Below, in pieces: positions 1 through 9,751 of a stretch of DNA of 64,000 nucleotides; position 1 is the first letter of the stretch, and each line of letters starts with the position of its first letter. The stretch is from contig CAZLPE010000001.1 of NCBI GenBank assembly GCA_964561325.1, positions 286 to 64,285 of the forward strand, written 5' to 3'. Under the pieces are notes generated by a model. It did not search any database. It was given only the letters and a program-made list of their open reading frames with translations, and had not been told where the DNA came from. This DNA is from an uncultured Flavipsychrobacter sp. (lineage in GTDB: Bacteria; Bacteroidota; Bacteroidia; Chitinophagales; Chitinophagaceae). A program made the translations under genes and the position numbers.

Positions 1-70
1 CCTCCGTGGTCTGACCATAAGAGAAACTACCTACCGCCATTAATGCCAATAGCGAAAAAATGCGTTTCAT
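1..70 (-). CDS. Partial CDS running off the left edge; N-terminus of a secreted protein
   Basis: Reverse strand from ATG at 70 reads MKRIFSLLALMAVGSFSYGQTTE, a Sec signal-peptide pattern with no stop before the edge. Confidence 0.55.
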   Translation of the reverse strand, partial: MKRIFSLLALMAVGSFSYGQTTE

Positions 71-154
71 ATTTGATGATTTTGGTACAAGATATAAATT
101 TTTTCCGATTAGATGACTGAAATTGCAGCACTAAAGGCACAAATCAAAAACAAA

Positions 155-183
155 AAAGCGCACAGCTGATTGCCGTACGCTTT
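155..183 (-). terminator. Probable intrinsic terminator of the 228-1082 gene
   Basis: Imperfect inverted repeat aaagcgcacagc...gccgtacgcttt next to an A-run (U-tract on the minus strand). Confidence 0.45.
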
Positions 184-227
184 CTGAATATGTATAAAAC
201 AAGCAACACTAATAAACTTAAAGTCTA

Positions 228-1082
228 TCAATCTTTGTGCGCAGGTTTAAAAAACATAGGGTTGCTTTTAGAAGATGGGAAAATAACCCCAGCGCTCAAA
301 ATCAACTCATATGTTCCAAAACTCTGTTTTGCTTCACCTTGATATATTTTAAGATTACTATATCGTGCATAGTCAATCTTCTGCGAAAACTCAAGAAATG
401 CGTAACGATAAACGGTAACGCGCAAAGCTGTTTCTATACCTGTATTCCAACCGCCTATCTGAAAATGCTTGTCGTTGGCGTTACCAAAAAAGCTATTCTC
501 AACATGGGGGATCACCGGACCTATACCAAATTTCCCTGTAAGATCTACTCTTAGCTTATTATCATTTGTATTGTACAAGCCTACCCTCTTTACTATATTG
601 AATAACAAGAAGTTAGCGCCGTTGTTCAGATAGTAGTAAAATCCGTTTTGATGAGAAAAATTAATGCTGGTATCAACATTTCGGTTATTAAGCCTTCCTT
701 TCAACTGTAAATCCTGACCGTCGGTAATAATATACTTTGTATGATCAAAATTTATCTCGAACGCAAGATCTTGTTTTTCATTAAAGTAGCAGCCTATTCT
801 GTAGTTGTATTGCGGTATAGTTAGTTGTTGTTCCAGCAGTTTTCGATCCCAGCCTTTTCTATCGTGCGCATCTACATTTACTAAATCGTAGTTGTTGCCC
901 AGCGCGTCTTGCTTAACATTAACGGTACTTTTCGTGTACCATTCCTGATTGTACCCCCAGCTTAAATAGTACGACCTGTTTTTATGTTTTTTTGCCGATT
1001 CTTGCGCATAGAGTCCATTGGCATAACCCATGAAAGCGACAAAAAAAAGTACTGCAAAACGTAGCGTTGATTTTAATAGCAT
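228..1082 (-). CDS. Secreted hypothetical protein, probable outer-membrane beta-barrel
   Basis: Start moved to MLLKSTLRF (1082), giving a signal peptide ending LYA-QES. Alternating aromatic/Gly strands (SWGYNQEWY, YNYRIG, FEINFDH, YELILSAG). TAGTTTTG box just upstream. Confidence 0.7.
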   Translation of the reverse strand: MLLKSTLRFAVLFFVAFMGYANGLYAQESAKKHKNRSYYLSWGYNQEWYTKSTVNVKQDALGNNYDLVNVDAHDRKGWDRKLLEQQLTIPQYNYRIGCYFNEKQDLAFEINFDHTKYIITDGQDLQLKGRLNNRNVDTSINFSHQNGFYYYLNNGANFLLFNIVKRVGLYNTNDNKLRVDLTGKFGIGPVIPHVENSFFGNANDKHFQIGGWNTGIETALRVTVYRYAFLEFSQKIDYARYSNLKIYQGEAKQSFGTYELILSAGVIFPSSKSNPMFFKPAHKD

Positions 1083-1103
1083 TTGCAAAAAATTATTGGT
1101 GGG

Positions 1104-1111
1104 CAAAACTA
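1104..1111 (-). promoter_or_regulatory. Bacteroidota primary-sigma -7 element
   Basis: caaaacta reads TAGTTTTG on the minus strand (TAnnTTTG), about 20 nt above the ATG at 1082. Confidence 0.6.
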
Positions 1112-1168
1112 CGTCAAAAAAACTAACACATACCTGACTGGCGTCATTGATTGACATAAAGCAAAGCG

Positions 1169-1190
1169 GGCAATCTGAAATCAGATTGCC
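1169..1190 (-). terminator. Hairpin downstream of icd
   Basis: Perfect inverted repeat ggcaatctga-aa-tcagattgcc. Confidence 0.6.
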
Positions 1191-1231
1191 GCGCACTTTG
1201 TTTAATCAAACCACAAATTATTTGCTCAATT

Positions 1232-2728
1232 TTACTGACCTTGTCCAGCCGTGAATGCCTGAACGCCATCGAACAGGTAAAGATGTTCCGTTTTAATTAT
1301 ATCCATTTTCCTGTTGTGTATTTTTTGAATCAGGTCTATTACTGCCTGAAAACTAACTCCAGCAGACATATCGTTTTTGAATCTGCAACGCCAATGGTCG
1401 GTACAGAAAGTTTCAGGAAAACCATCAGGCCACACCTTCACGCCTCTATTGGTAATCATGGTCAATTTCAGTCCCGAAGAATTTATATCCTTGATTAAGG
1501 TTGCAAGCGCTTCGGGGTTACGTTCATTAAACTGTAAAAACACATCTACGCCAACCAGCTCTTTTACAGCAGCCTTTCTTGGGGTGAGCTTGATATTGAA
1601 TTTGCTAATAGCATCTGCGTATTTTACCGGCTTTAATGTGTCCGGATAGTCGCCAAGGCGAGCTATAACAGCCGCAGCAAACTCTTGAGTGCCAAGTTTA
1701 GCCGCCGATATGCCATCTTTGTAAATGTCTGCGGTATGCATACCGTCTTCTATGGTCTTTAACCAGGCATTCTGTATTTTTTCTGCAACCGCAGTTTGCC
1801 CAATATGCACAAGCATCTGTATAGCGCCCAGTAACAAGCCGGAAGGATTTGCTAAATTCTTTCCAGCTATATCAGGAGCCGACCCATGAATGGCTTCGAA
1901 CATAGCGAAACCCTCGCCAATGTTAGCGCTGCCAGCCAAGCCTACAGAACCGGTTATTTGCGCAGCCACATCGCTTAGTATATCGCCATACAGGTTGGGC
2001 ATTACTATTACGTCAAAGCGTTCGGGTGTGTCGGCAAGTTTTGCAGCGCCTATGTCCACTATCATATGCTCCTGCTCAATCTCGGGGTATTCTTTCCCAA
2101 CCTCGTTAAACATTTTATGAAAAAGACCGTCGGTCATCTTCATAATATTATCCTTAGAAAAGCAGGTTACTTTTTTCCTGTTGTAAGCCCTTGCGTATTC
2201 AAATGCATATCTGATGATTTTTTCAGTGCCGGGTCGAGATATCAGTTTCAGGCATTGCACAACCTCATCGGTTTGCTGATGTTCGATTCCAGCGTACAGA
2301 TCCTCCTCGTTTTCACGAATGATAACTACATCCATTAACGGGTGCTTCGTGTGCACATAGGGCGAGTAAGACACACATGGACGAACGTTGGCAAACAAAC
2401 CGAGCATTTTGCGAGTAGTTACGTTTATGCTCTTAAAACCGCCGCCTTGAGGCGTTGTGATAGGCGCTTTTAAAAACACCTTTGTTTTTCGCAGCGAGTC
2501 CCACGACGAATTGTCTATACCTGCCGAATTGCCGTTTAAATAAACTTTTTCACCTATTTCAATCTCCTCAATTGTAAGCGCAGCTCCTGCCGCTTTCAGT
2601 ATTTTCAAAGTTGCCGACATGATTTCGGGGCCAATACCATCGCCATGGGCTACAGTTATGGCAACCGGTGTAGTGGTTAGCTCGCGCTCTTCTGTCGCCA
2701 ATTCATTTTCTACAATTGCAGTGTTCAT
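1232..2728 (-). CDS. icd: NADP-dependent isocitrate dehydrogenase (long-C-terminus type)
   Basis: GDGIGPEI, FLKAPITTPQGGG, RENEEDLY, PNLYGDILSD and FEAIHGSAPDIAG motifs; C-terminal extension (ISNRG-like ITNRG, CTDHWRCRF). Confidence 0.92.
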   Translation of the reverse strand: MNTAIVENELATEERELTTTPVAITVAHGDGIGPEIMSATLKILKAAGAALTIEEIEIGEKVYLNGNSAGIDNSSWDSLRKTKVFLKAPITTPQGGGFKSINVTTRKMLGLFANVRPCVSYSPYVHTKHPLMDVVIIRENEEDLYAGIEHQQTDEVVQCLKLISRPGTEKIIRYAFEYARAYNRKKVTCFSKDNIMKMTDGLFHKMFNEVGKEYPEIEQEHMIVDIGAAKLADTPERFDVIVMPNLYGDILSDVAAQITGSVGLAGSANIGEGFAMFEAIHGSAPDIAGKNLANPSGLLLGAIQMLVHIGQTAVAEKIQNAWLKTIEDGMHTADIYKDGISAAKLGTQEFAAAVIARLGDYPDTLKPVKYADAISKFNIKLTPRKAAVKELVGVDVFLQFNERNPEALATLIKDINSSGLKLTMITNRGVKVWPDGFPETFCTDHWRCRFKNDMSAGVSFQAVIDLIQKIHNRKMDIIKTEHLYLFDGVQAFTAGQGQ

Positions 2729-2754
2729 ATATTTAGGTTTTGATTGTTGTTAAT

Positions 2755-3249
2755 TTATTGTGCTTTCAACTGTTCGTTTTGTGCGCTTACTTTATTGTAG
2801 TTTTCCTTTTTCAATGCCTTTAGTTTTTCCTTTAGCGACGAGTTGTTGAGCGCCAACATTTGTATGGCCAGTATACCCGCATTGTGGGCTGCATTTACCG
2901 CTACCGTAGCTACAGGAACATCATTAGGCATTTGCACTATAGACAACAGCGAATCCCAGCCATCCAGCGAATTGGAAGATTTTACAGGTACGCCTATTAC
3001 TGGTATAGTGGTTAATGCGGCTACCATACCGGGCAAGTGCGCTGCTCCGCCGGCTCCGGCAATGATTATGCTTATGCCGCGTTCCTCTGCCGTGCGCGCG
3101 TATTCGAACATGTATTCCGGACTACGGTGCGCAGAAACCACCATAAACTCAAATGACACGCTGAAATCGGCTAACGCTTTTGCTGCCGGGCGCATAATGG
3201 CGGCATCGCTGCTACTTCCCATTATTATTCCTACCTTCTGATCTTTCAT
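2755..3249 (-). CDS. purE: N5-CAIR mutase
   Basis: IIMGSSSD, VVSAHRSP, IAGAGGAAHLPG and PVIGVPV motifs. Confidence 0.97.
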   Translation of the reverse strand: MKDQKVGIIMGSSSDAAIMRPAAKALADFSVSFEFMVVSAHRSPEYMFEYARTAEERGISIIIAGAGGAAHLPGMVAALTTIPVIGVPVKSSNSLDGWDSLLSIVQMPNDVPVATVAVNAAHNAGILAIQMLALNNSSLKEKLKALKKENYNKVSAQNEQLKAQ

Positions 3250-4375
3250 ATATATTAGTTAAGATATGACGAATGTTTGCCGCTTTTGAAAGCGCATTTT
3301 CAATATTATTTTCGGTTATGGTTATATGCCCCATTTTACGTCCCTTTTTCCCTTTGTGCTTGCCATACCAGTGCACATATACACCGTTAAAACAAAGTAT
3401 ATGCCTAAGGGCGGCTTTTATATCGGTCTTGGCTTCGGCGCTCGGCTCAAGTATATTGATCATTACAGATGCTGCAATGTGGCGAGCGTCGCCCAAGGGA
3501 AGGCCCATTATTATGCGCAGTAGTTGCTCAAACTGCGATGTAGCGCAGGCCTCAATGGTATGATGGCCGCTGTTATGCGGACGGGGCGCAATTTCATTAA
3601 CCAATACGTCGTCGTCGTTGGTTACAAAAAGCTCAACCGCTACAATACCCACCAAATTGAACGCCTCTGCCACCTTTATTGCTGTTTCGCGCGCCTGCAA
3701 AGAAATAGCTCTGTTTATTTGCGCTGGACATAACTGAAAATCCAACACATGGCGTTCTTTGTTTACTATCATCATTACCGGGTCGTAGCACTCTATATCG
3801 CCCTTTTCGTTACGGCAAACTATTACTGAAAGTTCGTGCTTAATATCTACCAATTCTTCGAGCAAGCTGGGGGCCTCAAAAGCGGTTAGCGCATCGCGTT
3901 CATCTTTCAGTATCATTACTCCCCTGCCGTCGTACCCCTGAGTACACAGCTTCAGGCATCCGGGTAGCCTGTGCTTGTTGGCAATTATATCTGCAACACC
4001 CCACGTAGCTATAGCGGGCACAACCGGTATATTGTTGTTTTGCAGAAACTTCTTTTGAATAAATTTATTCTGGATAATCTCTATAGTATCCGGTGACGGA
4101 AAAATCTTTACGCCTCTTTTCTGTAGCTCTTTAAGCGCTTGTGTGTCCACCGCTTCTTTTTCTATAGTAATTGCGTCCATATCGCAACCAAAATCTACTA
4201 CATCATTATAACTCAATGGGTCGCCAAGTACGAACCCTGAGCAATAATGCGCTGCAGGCGCTTTAGGATCCTTGTCGAGGATATATATTTCAACGCCGAA
4301 ATCAATAGCTGATCGAATCAGCATAGCGCCCAGCTGCCCTCCACCCAAAACGCCAATTTTCATTTCTCTTTGCAT
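3212..4375 (-). CDS. purK: N5-CAIR synthetase (ATP-grasp)
   Basis: KIGVLGGGQLG, GYDGRG, EIAPRPHNSGHHT and RKMGHIT motifs; overlaps purE. Start set at MQREM because a promoter box overlaps the longer start. Confidence 0.95.
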   Translation of the reverse strand: MQREMKIGVLGGGQLGAMLIRSAIDFGVEIYILDKDPKAPAAHYCSGFVLGDPLSYNDVVDFGCDMDAITIEKEAVDTQALKELQKRGVKIFPSPDTIEIIQNKFIQKKFLQNNNIPVVPAIATWGVADIIANKHRLPGCLKLCTQGYDGRGVMILKDERDALTAFEAPSLLEELVDIKHELSVIVCRNEKGDIECYDPVMMIVNKERHVLDFQLCPAQINRAISLQARETAIKVAEAFNLVGIVAVELFVTNDDDVLVNEIAPRPHNSGHHTIEACATSQFEQLLRIIMGLPLGDARHIAASVMINILEPSAEAKTDIKAALRHILCFNGVYVHWYGKHKGKKGRKMGHITITENNIENALSKAANIRHILTNIYERSEGRNNNGK

Positions 4376-4393
4376 AGTTAGTATTTTACCCGA

Positions 4394-4401
4394 CAAAAGT
4401 A
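4394..4401 (-). promoter_or_regulatory. -7 element for purK-purE(-icd)
   Basis: caaaagta reads TACTTTTG on the minus strand. Confidence 0.6.
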
Positions 4402-4483
4402 ATAACTATTTCACAGAAAATAGTATTACTATTATTTAAGGCAGCAAATATACTATCTATGCAATAATTCAAAACAATAATGC

Positions 4484-4491
4484 TAACTTTG
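4484..4491 (+). promoter_or_regulatory. -7 element for the TetR gene
   Basis: TAACTTTG, 23 nt before the ATG at 4515. Confidence 0.6.
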
Positions 4492-4514
4492 CTATCCCTA
4501 ACAGAAACACGTAT

Positions 4515-5204
4515 ATGATATTGCAGCTACAAATTAAAATGAACCCCAAACTGTATGTCCGCGACCCGGAATCAACAGAATTGGGCAGAAACATCATTCG
4601 CTTAGGCATAGAGCTAATCAGCGAAATGGGGTTTGAAGAATTTACATTTAAAAAACTTGCTAACAAGATTGGCGCCACTGAAGCCAGCATATACAGGTAT
4701 TTTGAAAACAAACACCGATTACTAACCTATATTACTACCTGGTTCTGGACCTGGATGGAATATCAGTTGATATTTCATACAAACAATGTGAGCGATAGCA
4801 GAACAAAAATCAACACGATTGTCAACCTGCTGACTTTTCAGGAAAAAGATGAATTTTCTCTGGAACACATTGACAAATCGAACCTGCACAAGATCGTTGT
4901 TTCTGAAGGGGATAAATCTTACCTGACAAAGCATGTTACAGAAGACAATGCTGCAATGTTGTTTAAGCCCTATAAAGACCTATGCCACCGCATAGCGCAG
5001 ATTTTTTTAGAATACAACCCTACCTACAAGTTTCCACATTCACTTGCCAGCACGCTGATGGAAACAGCGCACCACCAGATATTTTTCATGAACAACTTGC
5101 CAAGAATGACAGATTTTGGAGGAATGAAAGATCCAAAACAACTAACGTCATTCCTACTACATATAGTGTTTAGCGCATTGGATGCAGCGAAAACCGAAAT
5201 GTGA
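4515..5204 (+). CDS. TetR/AcrR family transcriptional regulator
   Basis: HTH segment GFEEFTFKKLANKIGATEASIYRYFENK. Confidence 0.92.
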   Translation: MILQLQIKMNPKLYVRDPESTELGRNIIRLGIELISEMGFEEFTFKKLANKIGATEASIYRYFENKHRLLTYITTWFWTWMEYQLIFHTNNVSDSRTKINTIVNLLTFQEKDEFSLEHIDKSNLHKIVVSEGDKSYLTKHVTEDNAAMLFKPYKDLCHRIAQIFLEYNPTYKFPHSLASTLMETAHHQIFFMNNLPRMTDFGGMKDPKQLTSFLLHIVFSALDAAKTEM

Positions 5205-5239
5205 TAATCGGTTATTGTTAATAAACACAATCAGGTTAC

Positions 5240-6649
5240 TTAAAACAATATGCCGGCTGCCCACAACAAGCCGGCATAATTTTTATGCCATTTTGTTTTC
5301 AGTTCTATAACTTTTTGGGCTGTTTCCAGCACTTTCATTTCGCGGGAGTTGATCATAAACAATGAACTCTCGCCCAATTCAAATTTAAAACGCTCTGCAT
5401 CATACAATCTACGGTAGTTATCCAAAGCCTGTGCAAAATAGCGTGTTTGCTGCTGGCCGGCAGTCAGCTCATTAAAGTAACTTTTCACTTTGTTTTCTTG
5501 CTGCAATGCAATAAGCGACTGCTCCAGTTTTGTTTCCTGAATTTTTAGTTTTGAAGCCTTGTACGCGCCTCGAGCATCGCGCTGAAAAAGAGGCATATTA
5601 AACTCTACCCCCAATTTGTGGTTATTTTCCAGCAAAGGCATATTTATGTCTCCAGGAATTTTGTAGCCTTTACTTAGCATATTAGCGCTTAAACTCAATT
5701 TGGGCAACAACGACTGAGCCTTCAGGCGCTGCTCTATTTCCAGCGCATCCAGCTTAAAGCCTAAAGCCTGCAACTTAGGGTGGTTATCTATGGCAGAAAG
5801 AATAGTATCTATAAGCGGGAGCGCTATGTTATCGAAACCTTTTGCCACCTCTGTAGAATCGGGTGTCACCGTCGCACTCCAGTTGGCTGGCACATCGTTT
5901 TCCAACCAAAGAAAATTCGACATTTCCAGTCCCGCATTCATAAAGCCGTTCCAAGCTGCGCTCTGCAATGAATAGAGCGTTTGCAACTGAGCATTTGTCT
6001 CTACTGTGTCGAATCCCGGTCTGGCGCCTTGCTCATATTCTATTCTCACAAACCGTAGTCTTTGCTCGTTTGTGGAAATAAGACTACTTACTACCCTATA
6101 TACCTGGTACTCTTTTACCCAATTCCAATAAGCAGAAAGCGCATCATACAGCAGATTATTTACCGCCAGTTTGCGCTCGGCTTCACTCAGTTCAGATAAA
6201 GCCTGCGCCTGCCTCAATGCCGCTCTGCGTTTGTCGAACAATAGTCCGGTTACAGGAGCTTTTACACCAACAAAAGTAGTTTGCCCTAAAGTAGATTCTG
6301 AACTAACCCGTGTACCAATTATTTCTTCAGCTCCGGCTTTGAACTCTATTCCGTACCAAGTAGGTACTACTATTTCCGGCTTAAAATAGCTGTAATATAA
6401 TTTTCCATCAAAGGTTTTGCGATCCAGATTAGCGCTTAAAAAAGGATCGAATGCGCCGCGCGCCGACAAAACAGCCGCATTTGCCCTATCCACCTGCAAC
6501 TTAGCTTGCTTAACAACAGGATGATATGTTTTTATTATACTTAAAAACGCATCTTTTGTCATCACACGCGATGTATCGGCAGCGTAAGTGTTTGCAAAAA
6601 ACACAAGCGGTAAAAACAAAAGCGCCCACTTACTTCTTATATTGATCAT
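5240..6649 (-). CDS. TolC family outer-membrane channel
   Basis: Signal peptide from MINIRSK; coiled-coil repeats; GAFDP, HPKLQ and ERFKFELGESSLF motifs; follows the HlyD gene. Confidence 0.88.
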   Translation of the reverse strand: MINIRSKWALLFLPLVFFANTYAADTSRVMTKDAFLSIIKTYHPVVKQAKLQVDRANAAVLSARGAFDPFLSANLDRKTFDGKLYYSYFKPEIVVPTWYGIEFKAGAEEIIGTRVSSESTLGQTTFVGVKAPVTGLLFDKRRAALRQAQALSELSEAERKLAVNNLLYDALSAYWNWVKEYQVYRVVSSLISTNEQRLRFVRIEYEQGARPGFDTVETNAQLQTLYSLQSAAWNGFMNAGLEMSNFLWLENDVPANWSATVTPDSTEVAKGFDNIALPLIDTILSAIDNHPKLQALGFKLDALEIEQRLKAQSLLPKLSLSANMLSKGYKIPGDINMPLLENNHKLGVEFNMPLFQRDARGAYKASKLKIQETKLEQSLIALQQENKVKSYFNELTAGQQQTRYFAQALDNYRRLYDAERFKFELGESSLFMINSREMKVLETAQKVIELKTKWHKNYAGLLWAAGILF

Positions 6650-7937
6650 TTTTTTTCTCTTTTGCCTGATAAAAATCCGGAGGGAAACCATTGATGTTTC
6701 GCCATAACTCGTAAGCGACTGCAACATCCTTCAATAACATTATTCCCTCTGCTCCAATCCCCATTTTCAATGTCTTTGGCCATGGCTTATAGTTTTTGTC
6801 TTCAGCCACAAGTATCCTGAACTTACCATTTGTGCTTACCGAGCTCTCTATGGCCACTACCTGGCCGCTAAAAATACCATATGATGCCTGTGGCCAGCCG
6901 CTAAAAACTATAGCAGGAAAACCATCGAACAAAAACCTAACAGTTTGTCCTTTAGACAATAGTGGTAAATCTACAGGCCGTACAAAGATCTCCACCGCAT
7001 ATTCTACGTCCTGCGGCACTATTTCGGCTATTTTTTCGCCCTCTTTTACTATTTCATTCAATCCCGATTTTGAAGCCTGAACAATTTGGCCGCTTTGCGG
7101 AGCAAGCAAGTAGTACATACCATTCCTGATTGTGTAGTTTGCATACTGATTGCTCAGCTTGGCTATCTCGGCTCTGCCCGTAGCCATTTCACTTTGCGCA
7201 GCAGCCATTTCGCCTCTTGCTTTAAAGGTTTTTTCGGCATACTCCTGTCTTACCTGCAGCAATTCGGTACGAGTGTTGTTGTACTTCATTTCTGCCGATG
7301 TTTTTTTTGCCATTGCGCTTTGCCAGTACTGATTTTTTTGTTCTAACTGGGTTAGCGACGACAATCCGCTGTCGCGCATTACCCGCTGCCTGCGCAATTG
7401 CAGCTCGGCAATCTGCGCATCGTTGCGCGCAGATACTGCCTCCATACTATCGCTAACCACTTTTAGCGACAATTGCCTAAGCTTGTATTCCAAAGCCAAT
7501 TGCATTGCGTTTAGTTGGCTTTCGGTAGCTTTTACTTTATTACCGTAGTACCCGAGCCCATCCTTTTTTGCATTCAATTGCTCCTGAGTTCTATTAAGTA
7601 ATTCCGGGTCGAGGTATGCATCTTTTATTTCCGCAAGCCTGGCTATTGTGTCGCCTTCTTTAACAAAATCGCCCTCTTTTATGTACCATTTTACGATTTT
7701 ACCTGCAATAATTGAGTTGAGCTCTTGCGGTCTTTGCTCCTGACGTAATGTTGTTACATACCCTTTTGCGCGAATATTTTGCGTCCAGGGCAAACAAAGC
7801 ACAATAAAAAGGCCTATAAACGAACCTCCAACCCAATACCTTACCCGACTCTTGACACCCAAACGGTAAACTTGTTGAAAAGAGTTCAACTTGACATTAT
7901 TTGAATCTCGTTCAATTACAAATTGTATCTCCTTCAT
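6630..7937 (-). CDS. HlyD family membrane-fusion protein
   Basis: N-terminal TM helix, lipoyl-like GKIVKWYIKEGDFVKEGD segment, long coiled coil, APQSGQI and FDGFPA motifs. Confidence 0.9.
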   Translation of the reverse strand: MKEIQFVIERDSNNVKLNSFQQVYRLGVKSRVRYWVGGSFIGLFIVLCLPWTQNIRAKGYVTTLRQEQRPQELNSIIAGKIVKWYIKEGDFVKEGDTIARLAEIKDAYLDPELLNRTQEQLNAKKDGLGYYGNKVKATESQLNAMQLALEYKLRQLSLKVVSDSMEAVSARNDAQIAELQLRRQRVMRDSGLSSLTQLEQKNQYWQSAMAKKTSAEMKYNNTRTELLQVRQEYAEKTFKARGEMAAAQSEMATGRAEIAKLSNQYANYTIRNGMYYLLAPQSGQIVQASKSGLNEIVKEGEKIAEIVPQDVEYAVEIFVRPVDLPLLSKGQTVRFLFDGFPAIVFSGWPQASYGIFSGQVVAIESSVSTNGKFRILVAEDKNYKPWPKTLKMGIGAEGIMLLKDVAVAYELWRNINGFPPDFYQAKEKKNDQYKK

Positions 7938-7939
7938 GG

Positions 7940-9607
7940 TTATTTTTTTATAATTGATTTAATGGCGCCCTTCTCCATATATACTACCTTATCGCAACTA
8001 TTTGCAAAATTTTGGTCGTTACTTACTACTACTACAGTCTTGTCTTTTAGTGTATGCAGCAGGTAGTTTTTAATATTTTGAATATTTGGCTCCTCAAGAC
8101 CGAGCCAAGGCTCTTCGAGCAGTAGCAACTGCGGCTGATGTATCAATGCGCGCATTAGCAATATTTTCCTTACAATGCGTCCCGACAGATGCTGTCCAGT
8201 AGGTTGAAGGTAAAAATCATAACCTTCTTTATGGCTATCAACGAATTCGCGCAGCCCAACCAATTCAGCCAATTCATTCAGGTGTTGATAGGTAATCGTT
8301 TCGTCGCCTAAACAAATATTTTCTAATAGCGTTCCTTCCAGTATATCTTGAACGGTTAGTAAAATGCCCGTTTTTCGGCGTATTGAATCAATGTTATAGG
8401 TGGACAATGAAATACCATCGTAAAACAAGACACCGTCATAGGTAACGTACGCTCCGCTTAGTAGCTTTATTAGCGTAGACTTACCTGCGCTATACTCTCC
8501 CATTACGCATACTTTTTCTCCGCTTTCTATGTCGAGCGAAATGTTTTGTAATGCAAATTCTCCATCTGGATAAGTGTAGGTTACATTATTCGCCCTAATG
8601 GATATACCTTTTGCGCCCATAAACTGCAACTTTCCTGTTTCCTCTTTCGGTTTTTCTATCAATTTATTTATCTTTTCTACCGATGTCAATACGTCATAAA
8701 CCTTATCGAGATTTATTATTAGTTTCTCCACCGAGTCTATCACCATAAGGATTACCATTTCGGCAGCTATAAACTGACCAATATTCAACAACTGATTTAC
8801 CAACAGAAAAGCGCCTACAACCAGCATCGACATTACTATCAGCGACTTAAAAATGATCAGTGTCCAATATTGGAACAGTAGTATTTTAAAGTGCGCCGTA
8901 CGAGCTTTCAGATAGCCAGATACAAAATTGTCCATTTTAGTGAGGTGCGAAGAGCTGTTGCGCGTAAACTTGAAAGTAACCACTACTCTGGCAAGCTCTT
9001 GTATATAGCCAGCCACTTTATACTTATAATTACTTTCTTCAATGCTTGTTTCCAACCCGCGGTTTCCGGTAGTGCGCAATATGAGGAACAACACCGATAA
9101 TAACAACAGACCAAAAAATATAAAAATAGGATGATAAAAAGAAAGCAATAACAAGCCAAACAATATCTGGATTAACGCAGCGGGTATGTCTAAAAGGAGT
9201 TTTGAAATACCTTTTTGCAACGATACCGTATCGAAAAAACGATTTGATAATTCAGGTAGGTAGTAACCGTTTATAGATTGCAAATCGAGTTTGGGTATAG
9301 AAAAGGCATATTTGAACGAGTATCGAACAAACAATTGCTGTTCTATTTTTTCAATCAACTTCATTTTGTTCACTTGCAGCAACCCGGTTATTACAACCCC
9401 GGCTATTACCAATAAAATGAGTACAACCAGTGATGTAGAAATAGAACCACCAATAACGAAACTAATTATAGACTGTATACCCAAAGGCAATGACAACTGA
9501 ACTAAACCAGATAGAATTGCGTAGAAATAGATGGAAGTTATTTCAGACTTTTCGTACTGTAATACTTCCATCAATTTTCGAATAGTGTTTCCTTTGCTCT
9601 CGGCCAT
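7940..9607 (-). CDS. ABC exporter (TMD+NBD) of a type I secretion-like module, with a degenerate NBD
   Basis: Hydrophobic TMD followed by NBD: GEYSAGKS (Walker A), LSGRI (signature), LLLLEEP (Walker B), VVVSND (switch). Confidence 0.88.
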   Translation of the reverse strand: MAESKGNTIRKLMEVLQYEKSEITSIYFYAILSGLVQLSLPLGIQSIISFVIGGSISTSLVVLILLVIAGVVITGLLQVNKMKLIEKIEQQLFVRYSFKYAFSIPKLDLQSINGYYLPELSNRFFDTVSLQKGISKLLLDIPAALIQILFGLLLLSFYHPIFIFFGLLLLSVLFLILRTTGNRGLETSIEESNYKYKVAGYIQELARVVVTFKFTRNSSSHLTKMDNFVSGYLKARTAHFKILLFQYWTLIIFKSLIVMSMLVVGAFLLVNQLLNIGQFIAAEMVILMVIDSVEKLIINLDKVYDVLTSVEKINKLIEKPKEETGKLQFMGAKGISIRANNVTYTYPDGEFALQNISLDIESGEKVCVMGEYSAGKSTLIKLLSGAYVTYDGVLFYDGISLSTYNIDSIRRKTGILLTVQDILEGTLLENICLGDETITYQHLNELAELVGLREFVDSHKEGYDFYLQPTGQHLSGRIVRKILLMRALIHQPQLLLLEEPWLGLEEPNIQNIKNYLLHTLKDKTVVVVSNDQNFANSCDKVVYMEKGAIKSIIKK

Positions 9608-9751
9608 ATCAAATGCTATTTGCGACAAATATAGTAGCATTATTTTTCAAAATAATAGTAATGCTATCAAAATTCTGTTAAATACTATTTACGATAAAAG
9701 TCGGGCAGAAACCCGACTTTAACTATTCTTATTAACTATGGTACAATTTTT

